Assembly: GCA_009103225.1 (NCBI GenBank)
Contig: RHPI01003369.1
Span: 379,500-443,499 of the forward strand
Length of the DNA stretch: 64,000 nucleotides
Reading direction: 5' to 3'
Source: Chlorokybus atmophyticus
Taxonomy: Eukaryota > Plantae > Mesostigma and Chlorokybus algae
Shown: positions 13,395 to 26,000 of the stretch, piece after piece
How positions within the stretch are numbered: the stretch's first letter is position 1
How the letters are laid out: each line of letters opens with the position of its first letter
The notes under the pieces: model-generated
Databases searched by the model: none
What the model was told of the DNA's origin: nothing
The model's input: only the letters and a program-made list of their open reading frames with translations
Program-made: the position numbers and the translations under genes

Positions 13395-13878
13395 CCTAAC
13401 TGCCACGTAGAGGCCCTGCGCGGTGCAGTGCTGACGTTGGCACTGCGCTGCGAGGGTTAGGGTAACAAGAGACGACGCAGCAGCAGCTGCTGCGCAGAGC
13501 TGAGCTGGTGGCGGGAAGGAAGAGCAGGCGGGAGGGAGTCGTCATCCTTGCTGCTGCTGTGGCTGCCGTTGTCAACGCCAACGAACAGAGCCCGTGTGGG
13601 CAGGTAATGCAGTATCAAAAGGCATGTATGCATGTCTAAGGGGAGGTCTAGACTAGTGTAGTGAAGTGAGGTTGGAACAAACAGTGTGTAAAGCCCGGTG
13701 GTTGTGTTACAATGTGCTTGCATGCGGTTTGGCATGCTGTGAGTGATGTCACGCATGTCTACAACTACTGGCAGCATACCCTGTATACACAAAGTCATCA
13801 AGTACACCACCGGGCTATACACTCATTAGTATACTACTTACTTGTCTACCTTCACTACCGCCCATAACCCCGTCAGTC
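13395..13878 (+). repeat. Composite dispersed repeat, copy 1: GC-rich module (13395-13612) plus ~250 bp foldback module (13631-13878)
   Basis: The GC module matches 32922-33133 (cctaactgcc...gcagtgctgacgttggca...cgagggttagggt...gggagggagtcgtc...cagcccgtgtgggcaggtaat). The foldback has internal inverted repeats AGCCCGGTGGT (13692-13702) and ACCACCGGGCT (13806-13816). Confidence 0.75.
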
Positions 13879-14777
13879 ACACACGCACACATGTGTACCT
13901 GCCCACACGGGCTGTGCTGATCACGCTCCTTGCTTCAAAAATGCATGCGCCATCGCACGCCACATTGTGTAGGGTATAGGAAAACATCATGCAACACTGC
14001 ATGCCAAGCTCAAAACACAAGTACAACACCCAGAGCACAACACTTTGTGTATTGTGTAGGGTATAGAAAACAAAAGTACAACAGAGCACAAGTCCCAACC
14101 CACCTAACACATCAGTCACAGCAACTAGCTAATCGCTAGGCTACGGGCTGGGCTATGTGCCATGTGCTATGCAAAGTGGAGGGGGTTGAGGGAGGCTGAT
14201 GTTAGCTCCCAAGTATCCCTGGGGCAAGCAGGGCGTGCGCAAAGACGGAAGGGGAGAAGCACAGGAGGTGCTTAGAATTGGTAGCAGAGGGACTTGAGCA
14301 ATGGATAGTGCTCTACAGCCCCACCTCCACAGCCGCCGTATACAGAGCTAACGGGGCTTGGCCTGTAGCGAAGGTAGGGTTATCTGGTATGCAAGGCAAA
14401 GATTGTAGCAAGACTGTGCAAATGCATAGCCCGGTGGTTATCAAGACGTTGTTCTCTTGCATGTGTACTACTCTTCCCGACAATGTTGCATTAAACGCTC
14501 GCTCAGTTTACTCAGTATACTCATTCACTTTGCGCGCGGGACAAGGCATCTGCGAGGCTTAATCACAAAGTCGGTGGAGCTTTGAGCCCTCCCGTAATGA
14601 CCAGGCCTCATCATCTGATGCACACATTGCGGAGTTAGAGTGGCGCAAAGGTCTTTATGCCGGGACGGTTCCGACAGTGGCGTTGCCACATGACAACTTA
14701 TGATAATGACAAACAGCATCATAGCTGCAAGTTGCATGCAAGCACTATCACACCTGAGGCTGGGATCTGGCGGGTCT

Positions 14778-17700
14778 TCAAGGTAACCTTGTTGTTGACA
14801 ACAGCTTTATCATTGCTGGCGGACAGCACCGAGGCTCTCTGTTCACTGCTCCTCTTCTGTGTGCTACGCTGCGGTTACCATCGCACACGTGGGCGCGACG
14901 CATCATCAACTGGCTTGCCAGCCCTGCTGCAGGCTCCTTGGCTTCTGCCCTCATTCGCTTCAAACTTCTGCACATCGTGTCGTGGTCATTGCTGTCATCA
15001 TCATGACAACGTCGGGCTTGGACCTGCGGCTTTGTCAGGCAAGTCTTGGCACTTGCGTCCTTGGTTGGGATGAAAGAGAGTGGAGAGTGTTGTACGTGAC
15101 ACTGACGGCGACATCAAGGGGCTGCTGGGACCAGCGCACGCTGGGTGACACGGTGAGGAGAAGCGCGGTACTGTATGTACAATGCAGAGACAGTTTGCAG
15201 GTGGTGCACAGTAACGACTAGTCATTGCGAGTAGTACTTGCAGAGTGTTCTTCCCTTTGCTCACTTGCATGCAAGCCGACGGGTGGCAAGCGCGTCTCAA
15301 AGGTGAAGTCGTCTATCTGTGGTAAAGCAATCTTGGCTTGCATCATGAGTCTGCGTCCGCAACGCAGACCTTGGTAACCCATCAGATCAGGTCACGAACA
15401 ACTCAACAGCACCTCAACGCATGCATGTGTGAATATACACAGGCAAGCACACTCTCAAGCACCTGCGCATGTGTGCACATCCTCACACACAAACACAAAT
15501 GCACGCACAACATGCGCACACACACGGAGAAACACTCGCCCCCACACAGAAACACGCACACAACGTCCATCCCCACGCGCACATGTACCTTCAGGTGAAG
15601 CTGCTCGTAACATAGTGGAGTGCATGGCTGTTCTGCAATCCTCCTCCTCGGCCTCTTCTACTTGTTGTACAACCATCAGGCCAGTCCTCCATCCCCGCTT
15701 TAACGGAGGACGAGGCCACAGCGGTGCTGGTGGGACGGCTTCTTGAGCTCAGGGTGGTAGTCACGAGTGTTTGGCGCTTGCGGGGCACCGCCACCCACCG
15801 TGGCAGTCATCTCTGGCTATGACGGGGAGAAGATCGCACATGCGCGCTTGCGTGTGGGATGGCGTGTGTACGTGCAGGTGCGCGTGCGTGCAGACATGCG
15901 CGTGTGTGTGTGCGTCTGCTTGGGTGTGTGCGCAAGCTCAAGCGGATTTGTGTGCGCGTGGGTATGGTTAAGGTTGCGTGTGCGCGAGGGCACACATGCT
16001 GGCGCGCACAGATGTGTGGGTACACACGTGCATAGTTGTTCAGCCAGCATGCGTTCACCAGTCAATGTGTGCAAGCAACGAGGCCAATGTGACAGCAACA
16101 TGTAAGGTTGGCTTGATTCCGTTTGCAAGGCAATCAAGGCGCTTGCACTTCTTCGGCCTCTGAGGTGCGAATGTTCAGAGCATCAACCCGCTGGCTAAGA
16201 CAATCGTCAACATTGAGCTCTCCGTCCGCGTGGGTCACCTCATGACCAGCAGAGCCACGGTCTAAATCCTCATCTTCGTGCAATTTGTGCAATTCGACGG
16301 GTGTATAGTGTGTCACTTGTGTCTCCGGGATTTGCTCGTCGAAAGAGTGTTGGCTGTTGCGTGGAGAGTGATGACTCTGCTCCTGCGGCTTGTTGGTCTC
16401 ACATTCAGTGCTGCACGAGCGCTGTGGGGCCGCCTCAGGAACAACAGTGGCTTTTGGCGGGGCGGACGCCTTTACGAGCAAATCCTCCATTTGCGCATGC
16501 AGCTGGTGTATGTGCTTTGCTGTCAAGGTCAACATGCATATAGACCACCATGTCTGCGTGGCATGCAAAGTGGCATCAAGTTGTCGTGGTGAAGGATATC
16601 CTGGCCTTCTCACCAGCCCTGTTCAACAGCGCCAGCTGGTTGTTCAGGACGGATGCACGCATGCACGCATGCATGGCCTTTTGCTGCGTCTGAGTTGCAA
16701 GCTTGTGCATCTGCGTTATTCACGGTCTAGTTAGCTTTCCATCACAAACGGTGCACAGTGTGCACACCCAAAATCCTTAGTCCTACATCTGCATCATCAT
16801 CGCAAGTGCTGCAGCGTACCTGCTGTAGCCTCTGCTCAAACTCTCGGAATCGTCGGCTATTTGTGTCATCATCATCCCATATGGGCTCAGACTCTGGTAT
16901 GTGCGGACGTGTCGCTGCGCGATCAGGTGCTGATGCGCGGTGATGGTGGCCACTTTGAGCGCCGGCGTGCCCGCTGGCTGCAGCATTGCTTGCTCCTGAC
17001 TGTTTCTCAGAGAGTTGGTGACCAAGATGTGCGTCGCGAACAACAATCAGCATCAATGCTTGCGTAGTTACTTGGTTGACGCAAAAGCCATGCTTGAACA
17101 GATGTGCGTCCCGAGGCATTGACAATTTGCTAAAACATTCTGCATTGGCACACCTGTTCGGGCCGCTGCTCGAACGCAGGCTGCTGATGCCTTCCGTTAC
17201 CGGAATTGCCATCATGCCACTCTGGATTGGGTTGAGGTCCGGGTTGACGCTGTTCACCCGTGCGTGTTAGTGCGGTTTGAGCGGGTGGGTGTGCATGGCC
17301 ATTCGCAGTGCCGGATACAGCATGCCCGCCAGGCGCTTGATTTCTTGCTGCGGACCGTTGCAATGGTGTCAACTTTACACGCTTTGCGTCTGCATGGTCC
17401 AAACCAGATCCAAGTGCAAACTTCCGAATGAATGTGGGCCGCTCCTGCTGGGCAGCCTTGCTTGCAAAAACGGGGGCAGGGGAAGCATCTAACGGCGACG
17501 CGAACTTCATCCTCCTGGCATGTGTCAACCTCAGTCACACAGTACTAGTATAACGTCAACAATGCTTGCGGCAGCAGGTATGAACAAGGTCTCTTATGTT
17601 ACACTTGTGGCGGTATCGTCACCTGGAGCTGGCGTTGTCGTGTGCATGGCTGTTGTCTCTTAACTTGGTCTGCAGTCCTGTGGTACAGGCTGCAAGTTTG

Positions 17701-19620
17701 AAGGCAGGAAGAAGCTGTCGCCTTGTGCGAAGGTCAGAAGTCTTGTTGACTGCTTCACCGGTGTCTTTGACTGCTTCCGCCTGCCGCTGCAGTCCCATAT
17801 CCTGGCATGGGTTCGCCGTGTGCATGGGTGGCTCAGCCGCAGGTGGCAGAGGCTTTGGGTTTGGACGTTGTGGCGACATGGAGCCTGGACAAGGAAGCAA
17901 AGGCAACTCTGGAGGTGCTTCAAGCCTGCAGACAATGGTTGAGCTAGTTGTATGCATCAGAAGCAGATACAGTGTCAACGTCTGATGGAGCGGAGGGTGC
18001 TGGCAAGGAACCACCTGCCAGCTGCCCCTTTGCTCAAGTCCTCGGAGTCTTCACTCCATGCAAGCTCCTTCCGATCCGCCTCATGAGGGCTGCTTGGCAC
18101 AGTAGCATTATTATTTGTTGAGGTGACTTGTTGCACAGATACTGACCAGCATTGACTGAGACGACGTCATTGCACAGCAAGAAGCACACCTCAACCTGTG
18201 CGGGGAGGGCAAAGCCAACGGTTTCATGTTGTCCGCGTTCATGTCCTGGGAGCCCTCTTCAGGTATAGGAGTAAGTAGCTTTTGGTCTCCCTTATGACTG
18301 GCACTGCAGCAGGTACCTCGGTAAGAACCTCAAATACTTGTACGGCATCATTGTGCACGTCACACATTAATGTGAGGCAAACAGTAGCAGCCCTTGTCGA
18401 GACCATCGTGCAGTCACGACTACATCATCACAGCATTCTACTCAGTACCTGGGTTGCCATTGCGCGTCAGCGCCTACGTTGTGCAGGACAATAGCAGAGC
18501 TTTGGCATTCCTTTGCCCTTGGGCTTGGGTCGGCGTTTGCAACATCCGTCGCATCTGCAGCCGTTGCGAGTGGGAGCGTGGCAGCCTTGGATTCAGTCAA
18601 CGCGCATTGCATGTTCAGCTCCATTGCTTGCCGATCATGAGCCTTCAGAACCTCACGCACGCTGTCATCAATGCGGACACGCGGAGGTGATGCTCTGGGC
18701 TCAGCAACAACCCTGCAGGAGGTGACCACTCTAAGTGGACACCAAGACAGAAGTCACGACTAACAACAGTCGTGCACTGGGCAGTGGCACCACTGTCTGT
18801 ATGCACAGGCATGACAGCGAGGTTGTGGCCTCCACTGACGAATAGCTTATGAGAGCGCTGGCTTACAGTTCAAGAGATGGAGCGACTGCCAGTTCCGGCC
18901 CTTGTTGTTGCGGCTCAAGCTTCTTCTTCTCTTTGTCTTTCGGCAGGTCAATGTCAAGGTCAATGTCCAGGTCTGTTGCGAACTTGCCGAAGTCAAGCTC
19001 CAATGCAGGCTCCAGTGACGGTACATTGTAGGCAGAGTGCCTGCACACCACATATGATTGTTGTTACTGTTGATCTCACATGAAGCTCCAGAAACAACAG
19101 ACTGATTGCATGACAATTCCACTGGCATGCAACGTGGGTGAGCCTCCTTCACAAGCGTTTCGCCTGAAGCTGAGCTGCATAGCACTACTGGTTGCATGTG
19201 CTAACAGACTGAACCGCAATTCTCAAAGTGGTTATGAGCATGGCTGCACGTACTTGTGCTTGTTGACGTTCGGCTTTGCTCTGCTGCCTCCGGAGCCAAA
19301 GTCAAGAGAGTCGTCGGCCAAAGGCTCCACCCGGAAATCTTTCAAGAAGTCGTCACCAAGGTCTGCAGCAGACAGCGTTGCTGAACGTTCAAGCTACAGC
19401 TAGTAGACAATGCAGCACCAACTGGAACCGGTTTGCTTTCAAGCTGCATGTGCCGCAAAGCTTGGTCTTTACTTGCAAATAGTGAGTCCAGCCTTAACTA
19501 CCAGGCAGCAGGCTCACCATCCTTGCCAGGCGGTTGCAGCTTGAACTTGGCCGCGCCCTTGGGAGCATCCGCCACCTTCCAGTCAAAGTCCAAGTCGCTG
19601 ACGCTTGGCATGGCTGCCTC
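14778..19620 (-). CDS. Multi-exon low-complexity protein, probable At4g18490-like; gene boundaries uncertain
   Basis: Three consecutive exons 19620-19517, 19362-19254 and 19040-18867 join in frame: MPSVSDLDFDWK...DLGDDFLKDFRVEPLADDSLDFG...LELDFGKFATDLDIDLDIDLPK. This resembles the recalled N-terminal acidic/aromatic motifs of At4g18490-like proteins. MCRSLKRMRAEAKE near 14930-14975 resembles their C-terminal ICNILKKKHEEAKE. Long Ser/Pro-rich ORF segments at 16134-18014 lie between. Confidence 0.5.
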
Positions 19621-22600
19621 CTGAGACTTAACCTTGGAGCTTCAAGCTTGTAAGGTCACGCTGCTTGAGTATCCAAGTTCAAGCCACAGGCAGTCCCTAG
19701 AAAGTTGCATGCAGCTCGCATATGCTGCAACAAGTTGCAGCCAAGCGGCATTTGCCAGCAACACGCAAAGCAGCTTTGGAGAGAGGCATGCAAGCAAGCA
19801 CACAGCTTGTCGAAAGTATACTTGTCACACCGCAGTGGCTATCGCAAGCATCTACTTCTCCCGGCACTACAGCCTGGGCGGACGCCCCTGCGCTTAGCTG
19901 AACAGTAAGTTACTGGTAGTACCGCAGGGCTAACTCATTGTCAATAAAGACAGGCTTGAAGTAGGTAGTTGTGAATAAAGTGTATTACATGGAAACGCAG
20001 GTTCGTGGGCTAAAGAACATACAATGTAATGTACGTACATTGTGCTTCTTTAGGCGCCAATAACATGTGCTGCTTAAGAGGCTCTCAACTTGAGAAGATC
20101 TCAATGAGAGCCCGCCAGTTGATGAAGGTATGACATGATCAATAACACATAGGTCGACCTTGTGTCAGATCAATTGCTGGAAGCAATAATGAGACTTTTA
20201 TTCCTATACGAACGGTTTGAGTTACGAGTTACAAAGACTTTGTGTCCGCAATAGCTTGTAGAAGAGCTTGTACAATTGTACAAGTTGTTTGAAAAACTCA
20301 TTTACGTGTTGTGAGATGGGTGCAATTTATGGCATAATAAGATTCTCCAAAATGCTGATGGCCTACAATACTGTTGTAGTTGTGGGATACACCACAAATC
20401 GTCACTTGCATGCATTTATACACTTTGCAATAACGCCTTCCGTTAATGGCTGTCACGCATAAACCATAGACCTAGAGTAATTGTACTATATATCGTATGC
20501 AATCACGTATGCAAAGATTACACGTGCAACCTTCATATATACATATACTTTCATTATATCTTTGTGTTTAGAGCCAAGCTTAAAATTGACAGCTTTTCAT
20601 TGTAAAAGTACAATGCTTGTAAAAAATGCAGGTTATGTTTATAATAATTAGCAAGGTCGAACATTAGATAATTGTAAATATACACAAAGTTACTATTCTT
20701 GTGATCATCAAGTATCCGTCCTTATGCGTGGCTACAATAATGTAGGAATCTCCTTGTAACTTATGACGCATCAATTGCAATGCGATATTGTGTGTTGCCA
20801 GTGGCAGTATCATACAGTATACAAGGATTTAGATGTAAGTGAAAAGTGTCAGTTGATTTTCTGTCGCATGTTTTGTATTATTGATGTGTCATGACATTCA
20901 CACATTATCGCTGCGTGTTGACAAGCGGCCTTGCACTAGGGACCTTTCGGACCATGAACAACTTGGCGGCTATAGCGGCGCAGATGCTATATGCACCGCA
21001 CAGCATCCCCTCAACGCCATGGTCTCCCCTCCCCTCTCGTGCTCTACTGCCCTCCTTGCTGCTAACATAGTGGAGAATTGTGACGCCGGCCCAAGCTAGC
21101 CTGAGCTATCAATATGCGTATGCCACACTCAAGCGACGACAATTATTGAATGTACTTGCAATGCACTTGTGTGTAGCACTCTAGTTATATCATAACTATT
21201 ACACACACTAGCTCACAACGGTCGGCAATGAGTCAGCAATTAGTTCACCAATTAGTAACTACATGGTATCTATTAAGGGCCAAAGCAGCCGCAAACCAAC
21301 TTGCATGCATGACCAACGGGGTTGGGCAGTAGATCCAGAGTCAGTGCTACGGTCAGGAGGTTACCCTCATCATGGTGATCTAGAGGTAGTGTTGGGGTCA
21401 GTAGTTTCAGAGGGTGAGCCCGGTAGCCATAATTGAGTTAAGAGTCATTGCATGCTTACTTAAGATGCATTCACAACTCACAGTGTGTCTTGTAAATGCA
21501 CGATGCATGGTTGTTTGCATATTGTTATCACATTGCACTCTTTGTACCCACCCACCCACTCCCACACACAACGAAACTTGCTGCATGCCACGCATAGCAA
21601 AGGCCACTCCATTTAACTATTGCTAGCAAAGCTGCGACAACAAATGCTGAAGCATGATAAGTACGTGCACACCACCTATGCTGCTCTGCTGTCAGTGATG
21701 TTAGTGATGATGATGAATGACGTCCGGCTACAGAGATAAGAGCACACAGAGACTGAGACCAGGGTGTGAAGCATGCGCAGGCTTGGCAAACAAGCTTGCG
21801 CAAGCGATAGAAACCAATGCACATTGGCAGCTAGGTAACGGCATGACACGAACCGCCAATGAACTTTAAACACGATAACATGACAGCGTTATAATCGCAA
21901 GCACTGTCAAAAGCAGGGACTCCATACCAGCCAAAGTTTGAGTCTTGAGAGAATAACACTGCAGATAAACAAGAGAAGAGAGAGGGCCAGGAGCAGAGCA
22001 GGGTCTCCCTTTCGGAAAGGGACAGAGATGATGTGGTGCCTTGTTCGTTAACAATGATAATTAACATCTGCACATTTCTTACAAGTCTTTGACTAATATC
22101 TATACAATGCAATCAGAATAACGTTTGAAAACTAAGATTAAATTCCCTTAAAAACCCCTTACAACACCGGCTTGTTTGTTTTAAGTATAACTTTATCAAT
22201 GCACGAGAGTCCCCATCATTCATACACACCTTTACTCCTAACCATTATAAATCGTTGTATTCTTATGAGCGTACAATGACAAAAACAATAACGTCGCTTG
22301 ATGAAAACTATATTAGCGCGAGGTGGGGGTGGCCTTTATGGGGTGGTAACGAGAAGTATCAACACAACATGTGTTAATGGCATGTCGTTGATGCCGCAAT
22401 AGCGACATGCCTTTTATGTTAAAGCTATTATGAACTTTGTGCAGAAGCTCATGTCCGTTTAAACAATCAATATGTGAATGTTATCCACATATCATATTCG
22501 CTATATGTGGCATGACCCAACAACGCACGATGTTGTTGTAAGTTCCAAGATTAATGTTGATTACTATGCATGCATGGCCACTTGAATTAAATTGTATATT

Positions 22601-23072
22601 ACAATTTACAATGAACTACATGACAACTTGTCAACTATCAGTTACCTTATTGTGGGTACTCTTAGAAAGAGATACGAAGTGATGAGAAAGGTGTCCCTTC
22701 ACTATTGCCATTCAGATGGTATGCTACCGGTATATTTGAGAGGTCTCTTATAGAGAGGCGTCCTTTCTGTAAGTGACATTGTAGCAAGTCGTCACTGTTG
22801 TGGCAAATTGCTCGTCCTCAGTCGTTGCGTCACGAATTGTAACTGCAACGACGCGACATCATTCCGCGCGGCGGCGGTTGGCATTCTAGAACGCTGTCAT
22901 TTGCAGGCGGGAACGGCGGCGGCCGCGGTGGTGGTGGTGGCGGCGGCGGCGGCGGCGGCGTCCTGCGGGCTGTCACCTGCATATTCTTTGTGGACAATTT
23001 ACTCACCTCGGTTTAGGTTGGAGTTGCTGTTGTTGGGGACGGGCGAGCATGCCCTAAGCGTCGCTTTGCGCA

Positions 23073-26000
23073 ATGGCCGGTAGGAGTAGCGGACCGCGAG
23101 GCGGTGCGTCTCCAATTGACGGTATGCATCCTGCCCTTGCAGCTGCCGTCTCGCTGTGTTCTATGCTCTGCTCAAGCGGGTTGCTTGAGCTGCTTGTCAC
23201 TCAGCGAGTCGTAGCTGCAGTGGTAATTGTAGCTTCATGCATTGTCGTTGATGAGAGCCTGCGAAATGTAGACATTCCGCCAGCTGCATGCGCAGCAAGC
23301 GTTGTCACAGGCGGCTGCGCTCGTGCTAGGTTGATGCGCAGCTGTACCCATACCAGCATGAGTTGTCTCTTGCTGCTCCATTGCTGCTCCGCTATCATTG
23401 CGTGATCGTTGGTTAAGCTGTCCAGATGAAAAGTTGGTCCTGTTGAAGGCCTCAGCTTTTAGATTGACCTAAGAGTGTCCGTTGTCGGACATTACCGGTC
23501 GGTACAGTTTGCTCCAAGACACTTTCCGAGATAGTTGCATGTAGTGCTTGCTTCAACGCTTGCAGCTGGGCAATGGCAGTGTTTGACAGTACCGGCGTTG
23601 GGCAGGTTTACTTACTTGCTCTAGACAGGTGCAGTAGGCTTTCAAGCAATTGAAACTCTAGACACATGGCTACCAAGTATGGTTGGCTTGTTGTTGACTG
23701 TGTGCACAGACACGTGGAAGCACTGTTAGTGCTGCAGTTTGCGCTGTGACAGCTGGCAGCAAGCGTGAGCATGGTGGTTAGGTCATTTTGTTGGTTGTGC
23801 TATGCTTCGTCCACCACGGGGTATGCCGTTGAGGTTGTGGTTGTGGGGCTGGGTTTGGTGGGTGGCACTGAACCTTAGCTACTGCATGCCAGGTGTGTCA
23901 CACAGTGGTCAACGAGAGGCAGAGCATTCTCCGGATTCTGCTCAGAAGCAGGTAGGTGGCTGGCAGTCGAACAACATGTTATGGCAAGCTGGGAATGTCG
24001 TGACATGTGTTGCGTTCGCCACAGGGTAGCGATGAGGATGATGAAGGACCAAGCAGCGCGCCCAGCAACCATTCACAAGCCCACATTACATCACAAGACG
24101 GGCGTGCTCGAGGACGGAAGAAAAAGCCCCACAAACGAAAGCCCAAGAGTATGTTGCTTTGTTACTGAATATGTTATTGAGTATTATAGCGTTGTCTCTG
24201 ATTAGTTCCGCACACCTGCTGTGGTTGGTTAGCATGACTTTTCATGCTGTGACGTTTACATCAATGCTGCAACATAGACTGACGGATGTGTTGTGACAGA
24301 GCTGCCATACATTGTGGACCTGACAGTGCACACAACCACAGGCACTAAGTTCACATTGAAGGTGAGTGTACAACAACATGTAAGCATAAGTCAACTCGCG
24401 ACCTCGCACTTGGAAGTGTGCTCAGCAATTCACATGCGCAGGCCATCTCTACGGATACCATCGCAGGTGTGAAGCGTCTTCTAGCGGACCATGTTGAGAC
24501 ATGCCATGAAACCAGTTACCAACTTCGCCATGAGGTCAGTGTTCTTCGTTGCACATAAGCTTTCACGCGACTGTCTAAGTTTATGGCATGCTCATGCATG
24601 CTCTGGTTGCAGAATGGCAAAGGGCATGACTCACAGCTTGAAGACATGACACCAGTGGTTGCTCTGCAGCCGGCTGTGTTGCACATAGTGGCAGGTTGGG
24701 AGTGTGTTTACCCTTTTTGATTGGTGTGAGGTGTTCTAGACTGAAGTATGCTTGCCTGTGTTGTGCAGTAAACTACACAAGCGCAACAGCCGTCCTGCAT
24801 GTTCAGCGGCTTCTGGACATTGTTGCTTGTGTCTCACGGTTTGGACCTTCTGCTCAGCAGCTGTGGCCAGGTACGTGCCTGTTTGCCGGAGGTTTGCCAC
24901 TGTTGCAAGTTTGGCTCTCTTACACGCCGCATGCATGTTGCTCAGAACAATACACGGCCAAGGCAGCAGCATGTGGCACTGCTAAGGACAAGGATGGTGC
25001 TCAAAGCGAGTCCAGTGCACTTGCTGTCAAAGCAGGTGTCAACGCAGCACCATCCATGCTATCGGAGTTCTACCCGTTCTTTTCAATGGCGCATCTCACG
25101 AAACCGTTCAAGTCGATAAGGCGATCATCTGTCGTGCATTCAGAGCCAGAGTCACTGCTCTCTTTGGAAGTAGAGCTCTCGGACTCCAACACATTGCAAG
25201 TGACTGCTTGTCCCCAGGTGGGTTGCATTGTATGGACAAGTTAAGTGCTGTGGACTGAGTGGTTTTAGTTAGATCAAGCGTTGTGGTGACAGGCTCTGCA
25301 TCATTTTGTCAATATGGCAGGGGTTCTTCGTACATGGCAAGCAGCGTACAGTGCGGCACACTGTGGTTGATCTCTTGCGATATAGCAGCCGTAGGTTTGC
25401 TGGGTACTATGCAACCTTGTTGGACGCTTTGGAGGAGCGCAATGAGTTTGGACATCTGCCAATTGGCCTGCGATCCAACACCTGGATTGCAAGACCGGAT
25501 CCGCAGCAGTTGTTGCCAACTGAAGACCCTGCTTGGTGCCAACCAGGTTGGTAAGGATAGCGGCATGTCAACCACTTGGTCGCATTTTGTTGACCATGCC
25601 CCTTTCTGCGCAGAACCTTGCAGTGAGCCACAAACTCAACAAGTACAAACGGCATTTTCTCCCTCCTCGGCCTCCTGGGTTGCAAAGTTTGCTTCCTGTG
25701 TACGGATGCCAAATGCGAGTGAGGAAGAGCGGCAGCTGAGGGATCGGCAGCTTTATCTGGTGCACAATGCGTTCGTACAAACTGGCGTGCATGCCGCTTG
25801 CCGGCTGCTTGAAACAGTGACATCACCAGCTGCGGACCTGTCGGTGCCTGTTGAACTCAATAGCCAGGGATTGCATATGGTGCTTTCAAGTGAAGGCACG
25901 ACAGTCGGTGCCGCATGTCCGCAAGGCAGCTTCAGTCGTCAAGTTGCCGGTGGCGGTGCGCCACAGCGTGAAGTCTGCGTTAAGAACCTGGTTCAGGGCC

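Noticed and set aside
8544-16163. ORFs rich in H/T/R/A/C/V (e.g. 8544-8940, 15338-16163)
   Set aside because: They are translations of cryptic CA/GT simple repeats in introns.
19920-22800. AT-rich stretch as viral or organellar insertion
   Set aside because: No long ORFs and no recognisable viral, plastid or mitochondrial motifs; treated as intergenic.
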